This document shows, piece by piece, positions 49,184-60,899 of a stretch of 64,000 nucleotides of DNA (positions are counted from its first letter, which is position 1; each line of letters opens with the position of its first letter). The position numbers and the translations under genes were made by a program. This DNA comes from Monocercomonoides exilis PA203 (lineage: Eukaryota > Protista > Preaxostyla). The stretch lies in the NCBI GenBank assembly GCA_001643675.2, contig LSRY02000031.1:558001-622000 (forward strand). The letters are read 5' to 3'. The notes beneath the pieces were generated by a model. It was not told where the DNA came from and made no database searches. It saw only the letters and a program-made list of their open reading frames with translations.

Positions 49184-52100
49184 TCATTCCATCCGACTGA
49201 AGCTCCCATCTGTGTCTTCGCTGTCTGCCTCTTCACATCTCGATCCATCTCCAATGTCCAACGCGTCTGATGCCGTCACAAACATCGACCCCATCGGTAT
49301 CTTCATGAACAGCTCCCGCTTCACATCCCCCAATGTCACCCGCTCATCCCACCCCTGCACCACACACTTCTCCTCCAACTCCCGAAGACTGCTCCCTCCC
49401 ATCTTCTCCACCTTCGGCCGCTCCCCATTCACTATCTTCTGCCCTGCCACCACTCCCTCATACTCCCCAAACGGGATCTCCAGCGTCACACACTCCCACA
49501 CCATCATCCCAATCGAAAACACAACAGACTCCTTCCTCGCCCCCATCTTCTTGTTCATCTGCAGCTCTGGAGCCTTCCACCTCAGGCACTCTTTTTTGAA
49601 GGCATCCTCATCCTCTTCAAATGCTGATGAAGGAAGGGAGTCATCATCATCATCATCACCATTATCACTGGTAGATGTCACAACTGTTGATGATGAGATG
49701 GAGGATGAATCTGAATCATCATCTGACAATAAGTCAGAGTGCATCACAATACAAATCACCATGTGTTCTGAGAACAACACAACGTGAGGACTCAGATTAT
49801 TCAATGATTGAAGAGGGTTTTCCATCTCGTCAAACGAGTGGAGTGCCCCATTCGCCACCCAGAACAACACCTGTGCTGCCGTTTGTTCTCTTTCTTTCAA
49901 CGAGCCAATTGCCATCTCCTTCTTCGCATTCCTTCCATGCAACAGCATGAACAGCGAATCCCTCAAATCCACAATCAGCTTCTCATGAGGCGATGAACAG
50001 TCCATTGCATCCACCAAGTTTGACATGGATGAGGTGGTTGGACACAAATCCTCCCCTCTAACAAATGTGGAGTCTGAATCAGTTGTTGAAGTGGATGAAA
50101 TGGATGAAATGGAAGGGGATGGTGATCTCTTTCGAATATCTTCTTCTTCAACCTTCTCCAGCATCCATTCTGGAATCTTGTCTGAATCTCTTCCAAGAAT
50201 GTATTCTGTTGAGCCACTCTCAGAAAGAAGATGTTCCGATGACTCTGAGTGTCCCAAGCTTTTTTCATAAACTCTCTTCTTTATCCTCTCTTCATTCTTC
50301 TTCTCTGCCTCTCTTTCAGCTCTTCTCCACTGCTCCTCAGGTGACATCTCCATCGTCACCATTTCAAACGCCTTCGGATCCTTCTTCACTGTGTCTTCCA
50401 CAATTATCTCCAACTCTTCTGTTCTTCTCTTTTGCTTCCTCCATCGAATAATGAATATTATCGACACAATTAGAATGATTAGAAGAACAAATGCCATGAT
50501 AATAACAATCAACAACAAATACGATTTCCCTTCTTTTCCTCCTTCAACAAGTTTTCCTTCTCCATTTGTTTTTGATTCGCTCTTGTTCTTCAGGATGAAA
50601 GAATCAGTTGATGATGGATTATTTCCATCACCAAACAGAATGCACACACTCACCTCCACCCCTACTCCTGCATCCGTTATCGTCTCTTTTGGCAGTCTCC
50701 CTTCAACTTCTGTCTCTGACACACATCCACTTTCACCAAACTCATGCTGCTCAATCTGCTTTTCTTCTCCCATTTGCTTCACAACCATGAATGACAAGTC
50801 GCATGGAAGCAGCTCCTTCCCTTTGAACACAATCTCCTCTTCTTCTCCCACTCCCTTTGCTTCAATACCCTCCAACGCTGGAATGAAGAATGGAGACACC
50901 CTCTCAGATACAATCCCTTCTAAATTGCATCCTCCATTCAGAATCCAAAGTGATGTATTTGGTAAAACTCCATCTCCTCCTTTCAAGCTCGAAATGGTCA
51001 GTGAGGCAGAATTTGAGCAAATGATATTTCTTCTCAATGATGGGTAATTCTCAATCGAAGGATTGTTGCTCTCAAATCTTCCATCTTTGATAATTATTGT
51101 GCCTCCACTCGCACTCATCCCTCCCTTTGATGAGTTGCAAATCGTGGTGTCTCTCACAACTGCTTCACTCTTCGACAAGTCAACAACTGACCCATTCCAT
51201 TTGCACACTTCCTCAGAAATCTCATTCCCTTCTGTTCCTGTTTCCAGATTCCCCTCAAACACACACGATTCCATCAATATCTCCTGTGTTGATGTGATTG
51301 ACACTTGGCTCCCCTTTGGTGACTCTGATGTGCACTCATGAAAAGAGCAGTTGCACATCTCAAATCCACTCATCGGCTGACTTGAGCAAACAATGCTTGA
51401 TCCAGAAGTTGATCGGCTGATGTTTGTGAATGAAGACAACACCAATGACAAAACGAGTGATGAGTGGCTGTTTTCAAGTGAGATCAGACTCCTTTTTTCC
51501 AAATCAATGCTTGTGGCTGTAAACCTCGAAATGCTCACTTTCTCACTTTTCCCACATTCAATCAACGAACTTTTGCACTGAACACCATCTATTCCTACAT
51601 CCTCAAATGTTGCCCTTTCTGAATGCAATATCATGAATACAGTCTTTGAGAATTTCAAGTGGCCAACAATGCACTTTTCTGCCTCAAACAACCCTTCTTC
51701 AACAACAATCAGAGAAAAGTCAAAAATGGTCTGTGTATTTTCTGTTGTTCTGCTCTCTGATAAGAATGAAACAGATTCCAGAATGAGAGATCCATTCAGC
51801 TGGTGCATCAAGCACGAGCAGACAACATTCCCTATTCCACCAAAAACAAATGACACCTTCTCAAATCGAACAGATTCCGAGGTTCTCACAGTTCCCTCAT
51901 TCCCAAGCTCAATCTCTCTCACTTTTATCTCCCCATTCCTGCTCGCCTCCATCGACTTGATCGTCACCTTCTCAGCTGAGCACGAACCAGTCAATTCTGT
52001 TTCATTCCAAACAAACAGTTGCGAATAATCCGATGGGATGATGTGGCTCACCCCAACATTCAGCGATGAACATGTGCTCTTCATCTCCCCACACTGCTTG

Positions 52101-55100
52101 CTGTTGCTGCTGTTCTCCACAATCAATGACACAAATATGAATTCGCTCCTGAACACAAACACCCTCCTCAGCAGATCCTCTTCATCCCCATAATTGTCTG
52201 CTGTGCACCCCCATATCGCCAGATCCCTCACAAACGGCTCCCAAAAATTTATCAGGAATTGTGATTCACTTATCTGCGAGTCAAGGTCTGTGCACTTCAC
52301 AAACACATCTCTCCCCTTCGATGCAACATTCCTTCGGAATGTGATGTTCGACAGCACAAATGGCAATGCCTTCTGTGAGACACTCTGTGATTTCAAAAAC
52401 AGTCCTCCGCCTCTCCCAATGTTCGAGCAGAAACACTCTGTCACATTCGTATGATTCATCTCCAATCTCCCCCTCTCATTGAGAAGGAAAAGCACTCCTC
52501 CTCCTTCATGAGAACTTGTCGATCCACAATTGTCAATCGTTGAATTCTCTATTTTCAATCTCACTTCATTTGTAATATCACAACAAAGCAATGAAGGGTT
52601 GTTTGACGCACTGTGCTTCACATTCACAAATGTGCATTGCTCAAATGGAATATTCCAAATTTCTTCTGCATTATCATTCTCCCTTCCAGGAATAACATTT
52701 TCACTCATCGCAATTGCACTTTTCCCGCTCAATGAAATATCCGAAAATGTCACGTTGTTCATTGTTGTCACACAATCAGCTGATATGCTCATTATCTCAT
52801 GCATCGTTGAGAATCCAGCTATTTCTGTCTTTTCAATAGAAACAATTCCTTTCGAAGCACTGATCAGAACAAATGACACCTCACTTTCAGCATTGCCAAT
52901 TGTGCGAATCGAACAGCTGACAACACTCGTTTTGATTGCTTCTGATCCTGCTTGGATAAGGATGCTTTCTCCGTTGTCAAAGGAACTTGGAATCAGAATC
53001 CCCAATTCACTGAACTGAACAACCCCTTTGCATTCAACAACAGCATCCCCATTTCCTTCAAAAGCTTGAACAAATTGGATTTTGTCTGATTTGCCATTTG
53101 TTCCTTCCATTTTCATCCCATTCATCCCAATCACACCTCTAACATCACAAACCCCATGAATCATCATCGTCTCAACTGTTGAACTGCCGATCCGATTCAT
53201 CCCATAATCAACAGATTGGCACGGAAGATTTGGAAAGCCACACACAACAACATTGTTTCCTTCCTCTGCAATATACACACTCGTTCCAACAGATTTCCAG
53301 AAAAAGATCAGTGGGATTGCACATTCCTTGTTTTCTCCATCATATCCCATCAGAGAGTCCTCTGTCAGCATCTCCAATCTGTCATTCACAAATGGAAGTG
53401 TTTCGTTCTTGATGCTCTTGCCAAGCGATGGAGATGAAATGAACAGATCCTTCCCATATTTCGCATTGTTTGGTTTATCAGATGAAAAAACTTGTGAGGA
53501 TATCACAAACCCTGCCTCTTCCTCGTTTATTATCTTCAACATTATTCCTCCTCCATATCCAACACTTCCCTCTTCATATGGTGCTGTGCAACAATAAAAC
53601 GAACACATATTAATCAACAGATTCGTTTTCGAAGATGCCTCACAAAAGAGTGCACCTCCTCCAATCTCAGTTCCCTCCTCTCCGGTAATAGCACACCCTT
53701 CAAATGTGCAGTCATCTATTTCAACTTTGAAATCTCTTCCATCAATATTATCATCATCCTCATTGTTCACAATGCTGATGCATCCTCCACTTCCCTTCGA
53801 ACCAGTGATCGATGAAAATGTGCATCCTGACATCTCTTCAATAATCCCCTTGTGGCACTCAACAACACTCCCATCACCAAATGTGATTTCGGAAAAATCA
53901 CTATGAGTCATGTTCATCGAAGGCACACTTTCAGCATTCCCCTCAACAACAAATATCGATGAATCTCCAATTTTCATATTCTCTGATCCGAACTCACTCA
54001 CATCCACAGCCCCTCCAACAGCCTTCACAAACGCTGTCGAAATAGGCTCAGTGCCTCCTTCCATCCCGCATTTGCTCAGTGTGAGCTTCCCTGAATGACA
54101 CTCAAACACACTTTCATGAAACATCAGCGATTTCTTCAATGAAAACACAATGCCAGTCACACACACAGAAACTGTGTTTTTTATCAATCCACTTTGAGCT
54201 CCCTCTTTCTGATCACAAACATCACACTTCATCTCATCCTCTTTGGATGCAACGCTCCATTCATGTGAAACCAACCCCAATTCCTCCCCAAAGACAAATG
54301 GCTCAAGAAGAGCAACATCCTTTTTCTTCCCTTCAAAATGGAGCGACACTGCCTTCGAAATGGATGAACACGGAAACTCTTCAAATCCACACTTCGAGAA
54401 ATCATGGCTCAATGATCCTCCCCCAACAAACGCTGGTGCTGAAAAGTTGTTCCACAAATAGACACACAGTGGAATTGGGAACGATTCATCCCCATTTTCA
54501 TATCCCTGCATCTTGCTCTTCGTTTCCAATGAAGCTGTCAATGAAGTGATCTTCCCACTTGTTGCAGTTGATTCCAGATCGATCGAATCAACAAAAATAT
54601 CGCTCCCCAATTTTGCTCGATTTCCTTCAAATCCTGATGAAATCAGAAAGTCTGTATTTGTATCTTTCACTTTCAGCCCAATCCCTCCTCCTCTCCCTTG
54701 TGTGGCTGAGGCATAACAGTTCTTCACAATGCCTCCTTTCACATTCAATGAACTCCCACTTCCCACTTCAACCATCATTCCCCCTCCAAACTCACAGTCT
54801 TCATTCCCACAACCATCAACAGTGCATCCATCAAGAGTTATCGAATATGACCCTTCACTAGCACTTATCAGAGATGATCCTGCTGTTGTTCTCACAATGT
54901 TGCTGAACACACATTTATCCAGAGACAATGTCACAGATGATTCTTGAGAAAGTGATATCACACTCGTGGTGCTGAATGTTTGTTCCCATCTCACATCTTG
55001 CATCTTCAACTCTCCCCCCTCCAGTTTCACAAGTGAGTTCTGAATGCTCCTTTCCTCTGAATGAGCTGAATCCATCGAAATGTTCATTCGCTTCACATCC

Positions 55101-56953
55101 ATCAACCCATTTCCCTCAACCTCAAACAGTCTGCATTGCCTGTTGTTTTCAAACGATGTATTGTGAACAACTGACAGATCATTCACAGCCAATTCCCCTG
55201 TTCCAACACAAAACAGACTCAATCCATTTCCCTCAAATTTCGTTTCAATGGATGAGCCAGATGAAGAAGCTCCATTCACAAAGATTGTTTTCTCTCCAAT
55301 GTCAACTCCCTTTCCTTCCACAATTGTTCCACTCAACACCTTGATTTCCTCCACAAACCCCACAATCATTTGAGACAGGCAATGACTGACTGTCGAGCAT
55401 GCACAACTTTCATTCAACCCGCAACTGAATGTGTCTTTTGAATTTGTCTGATTCTCCCTCGAAGCAACAAATCTGCTTCTTCCTCCTTCATTTGGAAGCC
55501 ATTCGCTTTTATCCCCATCTGCATAATATCTTACCCCTTCTGTTCTTGTCGAATAACAGAAAGCAACTTGGGGGTCTGTGCTATTGTCCTCAAAATTAAT
55601 GTCATTTCCATATGAAGCAGTGTTACTGTGGAAAAAACAAAACCACAAAAGATTTCCATTAAAACCATTTGTCATTACACTTAATGCACCTCCCCGAAAA
55701 TCTGAATGGCATCCTTGAAATAAACAGTTGTGTGCAACAACTTTATCAACCGTATGCCAATGAATAAATCCTCCACCATCTGAATGTTTGAACTTGTTTG
55801 CACTGCAATTTTGAAACAAACAATTTAATACACAATCTTTTGTTTTGTTTGTTTTTGAACTCCAAATACCCAGTCCTCCAGCGTCATTTCCTGACCATCC
55901 ATCTTTGAACAAGCAATCATCAATATATAATTGAATTGTTATTGTGGAAATTTCAACACCAGCCCCTCCACAATCACTTGAAGAGACACAATAACACTCA
56001 GCAAATGTGGAATGTTTCACTGTGCATTCTGCAATACTCTCTGCAAATATCCCCCCTCCTCTGGTTGATGTCGCATTGCATTTCACAAATGAAGAATTCT
56101 CCACTGTCAGCGTTGCACTCGAATTATCATGCACATAAAGTGCTCCACCGCATGCAGCAGAGCATTCAATCCATTCAGCATTCTTGTATGTCTGTGTTTG
56201 AGTTGTTGACTGTCTGTCTGTATTTCTCACTTTCCGATCCATTCTTTCATTCTGAATAAATGTGCAATTGTTGCAGGTGAATGAACCAGATCCTTCTGTT
56301 CCACTCACAATTCCTCTCTCAAGCACATTCATCGATCGTTTAACATCACAATCCTCCATTTTGCTCATCTTCATCATCCTCTCTTTTCCAGTTTGTACTG
56401 TCTCTATTTCACAATATTTCTTTGAGATATTCGCAAATTTGCAGTTTTGGATTCCTTCAAAACTTCCTGAACCGTCTCTCAGAAAACTTCCTCCACTCCC
56501 ACAAAACACAGCATCCTCAAACTCACTGTTTCTCACAAACAACGAAGACAAGTCACCCCCTTCCATCTTCACCACACTCCCCATCATCCCACATTTCTGA
56601 CCATTCCCAACACCCAAAGTCGTGTTTATCAGACAGCATGCCCCTCCATTCCTCACATAATACCCATTCCACTCATCGTTTCTCACAAACACACTCCCCT
56701 CAACCTGCAGCAATGATCCTGCTTTTATTTCAATCATCACACAATCTTCTGGCTTTTCAAGCAACATCCCCTTCATTTCGACTGATGAGTTATACATTTC
56801 GCAGAACATTTGAACAACGCTTCCCTTCCCCAAAATACCACTCTTCTCCATTCCACGAACATGGAAATGATCATGTTCATTTCTCAATCTATCATTTCTT
56901 TCTTTGCCACAAATGGCTGACAACAAACACACAAGTATAATGAAGGGAATCAT
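49184..56953 (-). CDS. Giant type-I membrane protein (2589 aa): signal peptide, beta-helix ectodomain, TM, degenerate kinase-like tail; paralog of 20200-27729
   Basis: The signal peptide is MIPFIILVCLLSAICG, and the ectodomain has GGA/GGG+FxxN repeats. The TM is YLLLIVIIMAFVLLIILIVSIIFII followed by RWRK. The tail is LRWKAPEL..SVVFSIGMMVWECVTLEIPF..GERP. Confidence 0.9.
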   Translation of the reverse strand: MIPFIILVCLLSAICGKERNDRLRNEHDHFHVRGMEKSGILGKGSVVQMFCEMYNSSVEMKGMLLEKPEDCVMIEIKAGSLLQVEGSVFVRNDEWNGYYVRNGGACCLINTTLGVGNGQKCGMMGSVVKMEGGDLSSLFVRNSEFEDAVFCGSGGSFLRDGSGSFEGIQNCKFANISKKYCEIETVQTGKERMMKMSKMEDCDVKRSMNVLERGIVSGTEGSGSFTCNNCTFIQNERMDRKVRNTDRQSTTQTQTYKNAEWIECSAACGGALYVHDNSSATLTVENSSFVKCNATSTRGGGIFAESIAECTVKHSTFAECYCVSSSDCGGAGVEISTITIQLYIDDCLFKDGWSGNDAGGLGIWSSKTNKTKDCVLNCLFQNCSANKFKHSDGGGFIHWHTVDKVVAHNCLFQGCHSDFRGGALSVMTNGFNGNLLWFCFFHSNTASYGNDINFEDNSTDPQVAFCYSTRTEGVRYYADGDKSEWLPNEGGRSRFVASRENQTNSKDTFSCGLNESCACSTVSHCLSQMIVGFVEEIKVLSGTIVEGKGVDIGEKTIFVNGASSSGSSIETKFEGNGLSLFCVGTGELAVNDLSVVHNTSFENNRQCRLFEVEGNGLMDVKRMNISMDSAHSEERSIQNSLVKLEGGELKMQDVRWEQTFSTTSVISLSQESSVTLSLDKCVFSNIVRTTAGSSLISASEGSYSITLDGCTVDGCGNEDCEFGGGMMVEVGSGSSLNVKGGIVKNCYASATQGRGGGIGLKVKDTNTDFLISSGFEGNRAKLGSDIFVDSIDLESTATSGKITSLTASLETKSKMQGYENGDESFPIPLCVYLWNNFSAPAFVGGGSLSHDFSKCGFEEFPCSSISKAVSLHFEGKKKDVALLEPFVFGEELGLVSHEWSVASKEDEMKCDVCDQKEGAQSGLIKNTVSVCVTGIVFSLKKSLMFHESVFECHSGKLTLSKCGMEGGTEPISTAFVKAVGGAVDVSEFGSENMKIGDSSIFVVEGNAESVPSMNMTHSDFSEITFGDGSVVECHKGIIEEMSGCTFSSITGSKGSGGCISIVNNEDDDNIDGRDFKVEIDDCTFEGCAITGEEGTEIGGGALFCEASSKTNLLINMCSFYCCTAPYEEGSVGYGGGIMLKIINEEEAGFVISSQVFSSDKPNNAKYGKDLFISSPSLGKSIKNETLPFVNDRLEMLTEDSLMGYDGENKECAIPLIFFWKSVGTSVYIAEEGNNVVVCGFPNLPCQSVDYGMNRIGSSTVETMMIHGVCDVRGVIGMNGMKMEGTNGKSDKIQFVQAFEGNGDAVVECKGVVQFSELGILIPSSFDNGESILIQAGSEAIKTSVVSCSIRTIGNAESEVSFVLISASKGIVSIEKTEIAGFSTMHEIMSISADCVTTMNNVTFSDISLSGKSAIAMSENVIPGRENDNAEEIWNIPFEQCTFVNVKHSASNNPSLLCCDITNEVRLKIENSTIDNCGSTSSHEGGGVLFLLNERGRLEMNHTNVTECFCSNIGRGGGLFLKSQSVSQKALPFVLSNITFRRNVASKGRDVFVKCTDLDSQISESQFLINFWEPFVRDLAIWGCTADNYGDEEDLLRRVFVFRSEFIFVSLIVENSSNSKQCGEMKSTCSSLNVGVSHIIPSDYSQLFVWNETELTGSCSAEKVTIKSMEASRNGEIKVREIELGNEGTVRTSESVRFEKVSFVFGGIGNVVCSCLMHQLNGSLILESVSFLSESRTTENTQTIFDFSLIVVEEGLFEAEKCIVGHLKFSKTVFMILHSERATFEDVGIDGVQCKSSLIECGKSEKVSISRFTATSIDLEKRSLISLENSHSSLVLSLVLSSFTNISRSTSGSSIVCSSQPMSGFEMCNCSFHECTSESPKGSQVSITSTQEILMESCVFEGNLETGTEGNEISEEVCKWNGSVVDLSKSEAVVRDTTICNSSKGGMSASGGTIIIKDGRFESNNPSIENYPSLRRNIICSNSASLTISSLKGGDGVLPNTSLWILNGGCNLEGIVSERVSPFFIPALEGIEAKGVGEEEEIVFKGKELLPCDLSFMVVKQMGEEKQIEQHEFGESGCVSETEVEGRLPKETITDAGVGVEVSVCILFGDGNNPSSTDSFILKNKSESKTNGEGKLVEGGKEGKSYLLLIVIIMAFVLLIILIVSIIFIIRWRKQKRRTEELEIIVEDTVKKDPKAFEMVTMEMSPEEQWRRAEREAEKKNEERIKKRVYEKSLGHSESSEHLLSESGSTEYILGRDSDKIPEWMLEKVEEEDIRKRSPSPSISSISSTSTTDSDSTFVRGEDLCPTTSSMSNLVDAMDCSSPHEKLIVDLRDSLFMLLHGRNAKKEMAIGSLKEREQTAAQVLFWVANGALHSFDEMENPLQSLNNLSPHVVLFSEHMVICIVMHSDLLSDDDSDSSSISSSTVVTSTSDNGDDDDDDSLPSSAFEEDEDAFKKECLRWKAPELQMNKKMGARKESVVFSIGMMVWECVTLEIPFGEYEGVVAGQKIVNGERPKVEKMGGSSLRELEEKCVVQGWDERVTLGDVKRELFMKIPMGSMFVTASDALDIGDGSRCEEADSEDTDGSFSRME

Positions 56954-58763
56954 TGCTTAAATGTAAATAATGGGTTCATGATCCCATATTTCTGGTTATA
57001 TCCCATTATCTTGTGGAGAATCAAAAAACATTATTTCATGTATTGATTCCATTTTCTAAATCCAATTCACTGCTTTTAATTTTATTTTTCTTAATCATTC
57101 GATTTTAATATTTATTCCAAGAACCTGCCTTCTTCAATAGAATTTTTCTTTTTTCTTCAATTATTTAGATTCTTGTATCTCCAAACAAATCCTATTTGAA
57201 TGAACTGCCTCATCCACTCAGCTCCTTTTGCATCTCCGGGCATCTTCATCAAAATATTGGCTTTCATCTCGAATATCAATGCTTTCTTCACCTAATTTCA
57301 AATTTTCCTGAAAATACATATAAAGATATAAAAATATCAAAAAATAAAAAGAAATAAAAATAAAAATACCAAGAAATAATTCTGTATGCTCCAAAGCTGC
57401 ACATTATTGCTTTTGCTTCATTCAGTAAAAATTGCTTCAACTTTTCATCGTATCTCCAAATCCTCCTTTTCTGGCACGTCTTTCCATGGAATTTCTTTTT
57501 TCTTTTTTTCAAAAGAGAAATTGATTTTTGATTCAATATCCTCTGTTCTTTCTCTTTTCTGATTTTTCTTCATTTTCTACATCTTTTGACCCTCGTTTTG
57601 CTCTCTTCTATTTCTGATCAACTGTTTTTCAGGTCTTCTTCTTCTTTGATGCATTCAATATTTTCTACAGAATTTTCATTTTCTTTGTTTTTCCTCTTTC
57701 CAGTTTGTTTTTAAATCTTTCGAGCTTCAGATCATTCTCGATCAGCAATCCAATGAAATTCTTCCTCTTTCAGATATTTTCTTACTCCTTCAAAAATTTC
57801 TCAATTCAGCCTTTTCTTGCCTTTAATGAACATTCACTATTGTTTTTTGATGAATAAGAGGAGATTTGGTAATTGCCAATCGTGATTACTGCTCTTTTCC
57901 AAAAATAAGTTTTCTATATTCACATTTCCGCTATAGAACTGTTATGTTATTTACATCTTTATGCAATCGGAGAAGGATTTGAATGTCTCTGTGATTAATG
58001 ATCAAAATAATCCATTTTTTTGATGATTTAATAAAAATGCATAAAATATAAATCTAAAATAATTTTCATAAAAGAAAACGTCAAACCTCAAATTCATTCT
58101 GCATTTCCGTTGTTTTTGTTCTTGGTCTGTTTTCTCTTCAGATTCGAGTCTGACAAAGCAATCATTTTTTTTGCATTTTCGGGCTAAATGCAGCATTTCT
58201 GAGGCAAATGAAATTAGTCAAAAAGAAACGAAAATAAAAGCAAACGGTAACTCAAAATATGATTATTTTGCTCAGGAATAACTTGGAATGGCTTTGAATG
58301 AATCACTTTTTGAAAAGAATTCCATTCAATCATTCATATCATAATGTTTTGCAATAAAAGTGGAGTTTCTGCAAAAGCACAAATAATTAAGCAGGAAGGA
58401 AAGTGAATAAAAGCATTTGTGCTTTATCTGCCTTCAAAATGAGTAATTTTCTGTTTATAAAAATAACTGGAACAAACCGATAATTCACTCTTCATCCTTC
58501 TAAAAATGAAAAATAAATAAATGTTTGTGCAAGTTTCATCGTGAAACAATCCTCAATATATTCATTAAACTCCGGAAAAATGAAAAAGAAAAAGTGCAGG
58601 AATTCTTATGTTATTATGGGGTGAAAATATCATTCTGTAAAGTTAAATCAAAAAATATATCTAATTTCTTGTTTTTGATAGCATTATTGGTAGAAGTTAC
58701 CTGTTAATTTCATTTCAATATTATTGTGGAATTAAGAAAAAATGTGATTTTGTTTAACTTTAT

Positions 58764-59469
58764 ACACCAAAAATTATTCAAAATCGAAAAACTTTCAACC
58801 AAAGTCGAAAAAGTTTCAAACGAAATCGAAAAATTTTCAAGAAAAGTCGAAAGTTCGACATTTTTCAAAATTTCAAAGAGTTGACAAAATTCAATAAATG
58901 TCAAAAAACATTGTGATTGTTGAAAGATAAATGATATATGTAATTTTGACGATTTTTCATCATTTTTACGATATTTTTCTTCACTTTCTTTTGACCATTT
59001 GCAAATTTTAAAAATATGAGAGTTATTCGGACATATTTTTATCTCTTTTCAGTTGAAAGCACTCTTCTTCACAGTAAATATTCCATAGAAATTTTTTTTC
59101 TTATTTTATGTGGAATGAAGAATACAGTATTTGCTCTCTTATTTCGTGTTTTTTCATCATTGACAACTCATTTCTAATTGAAGGAAACAAATGTTTAATG
59201 TTTCGTTAAGAGTTTATTTTTGAGTTTATTTTGATTCGAAATTTTCAAAATATGCAGAAAACAATAGCACAAGCATTGCTAATAATAATCACAAAAACAA
59301 AAGAACATAGATCTACTTCAATTGAATTCTCTATATAAATCGTTCATTTTTTTGTCAAGGTTTCTATTTCGGTTGAAAGTTTTTCGATTTCGTTTGAAAC
59401 TTTATCGACTTCGAATGAAAACTTTCGACTTTGAATGAAAGTTTTCCAACTTTGAATAATTTTTGGTGT
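58764..59469. mobile_element. MITE/foldback-like element with ~100-bp inverted arms built from ~21-bp subrepeats
   Basis: ACACCAAAAATTATTCAAA is followed by (AAA[G/A]TCGAAAAA.TTTCAA..)x3-4 at 58764-58860. The reverse complement lies at ~59365-59469. Confidence 0.7.
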
Positions 59470-59891
59470 TAGATGTTGATTTCAAATGAAATACCACAAA
59501 CAGAAGTGATTTTATTTGATAATTACTTGATTTCATCGGTTTTTATAAAACTTTTTTCCCCTCTTTTTTTTCGACGATGATTTGAGACATTTTATTTTTT
59601 CCTTCAGAATTTTTATATTTATGCAAAATAGAAGACTTTCTGCTGAAGATTAAAAATGTTCACTTTTCCAATTTTAAAAATATTTTTTTATAAGAAAGAA
59701 TTATAACAAATAAATATATAGGCTATCATTTTTGTAATCAAAAATTATTTTTGTGTGTTATTTTCTTTTGTGTTTTTGTAATTTTTTGCCAATAAAAGAC
59801 TATTTCTGTGTCAAACGATTCAACAATTTTCTGTTTGAAAAAAGCAAAGGGATTGTTTTATTTCTTTTTGAATAACATTCCATAAATATTA

Positions 59892-60158
59892 GGGGAAAAA
59901 TATGAACTTTCAAGCTTTTTATGCACAGAACATGTAAAATTGTTTCGCTTATTGCATTATAAAAGTTTATCAGATTTCTAAATAAATTTGATTTTCATAT
60001 CTGTCAACAAACATCATTGATGTTTTAACTTTATGTTTCGTGGCCTCACACGTATTTCTTAAAATAAACCGATTTTTTTCTAATTTTTTGATCATAAAAA
60101 GTTCATCAAAGATACATAATTTTTCAATGAAAATGCATGAAGTCAAATAATTTGTCCC
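59892..60158. mobile_element. Copy of 270-bp GGG...CCC repeat family (left of Merlin relic)
   Basis: GGGGAAAAATATGAACTTTCAAGCTTTTT...GAAGTCAAATAATTTGTCCC. Confidence 0.75.
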
Positions 60159-60899
60159 ATTTGAATAATAAATTCAAATTGTTTGTTCATGTTAATAACA
60201 CATGTTCTTGATTCACAAAAAAGTGAGAGTGAAAGGAAAAAAAGAATAGAGACAATTCAACAATTGATACGAGCAAATGGATAAACATTTCTTCATTGAT
60301 GAAAAAAGTTCAAAAATAATGTTTTCGCAAAAACTTTTTATATCAATCAAATCAACAACGGGAAATAAGCATTATATTTCAAAATGTGTATATCTCAAAA
60401 AGACAATAATTACTAAAAAAAATAATATGAGCATTTACTTTTTAATTTAATAAACTCAAATAAATGCTTGCTTTTGCATATACAAAATTTAAAAAGATCA
60501 AAAATATCATTGTTAATTTATTCAAAAAAAAAAAAATAATTTTATTTATCATGATTGATATTTTTGTTGTGATAACGAACAAATACAATTTGTCAATATT
60601 AAAACAATAACACTTTGGATACCTTAAACTCACATTTTCTTTGAAATATGAATATATGAGAATGAAATTTGTGACTGTTTGTGTCATTTTTCAAAAATCA
60701 TATTTATTTAACAAGTGAAATGTCATACGAAAAATCAGTCCAAAAAAGTTTTAAAATTATTATTATCAACAAATTTGTCATTATTTTTATATCAAAAAAC
60801 GCAATTGGCAAAGGAGTACATGAAGACCTACGCTTGTTTTGACATCATTAATAAATATTGAAAACATCAATAATAATTTATTCACCTTGGATACTGCAA

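Noticed and set aside
57100-58200. Minus-strand K/E-rich relic
   Set aside because: It is fragmented and has no motif support.
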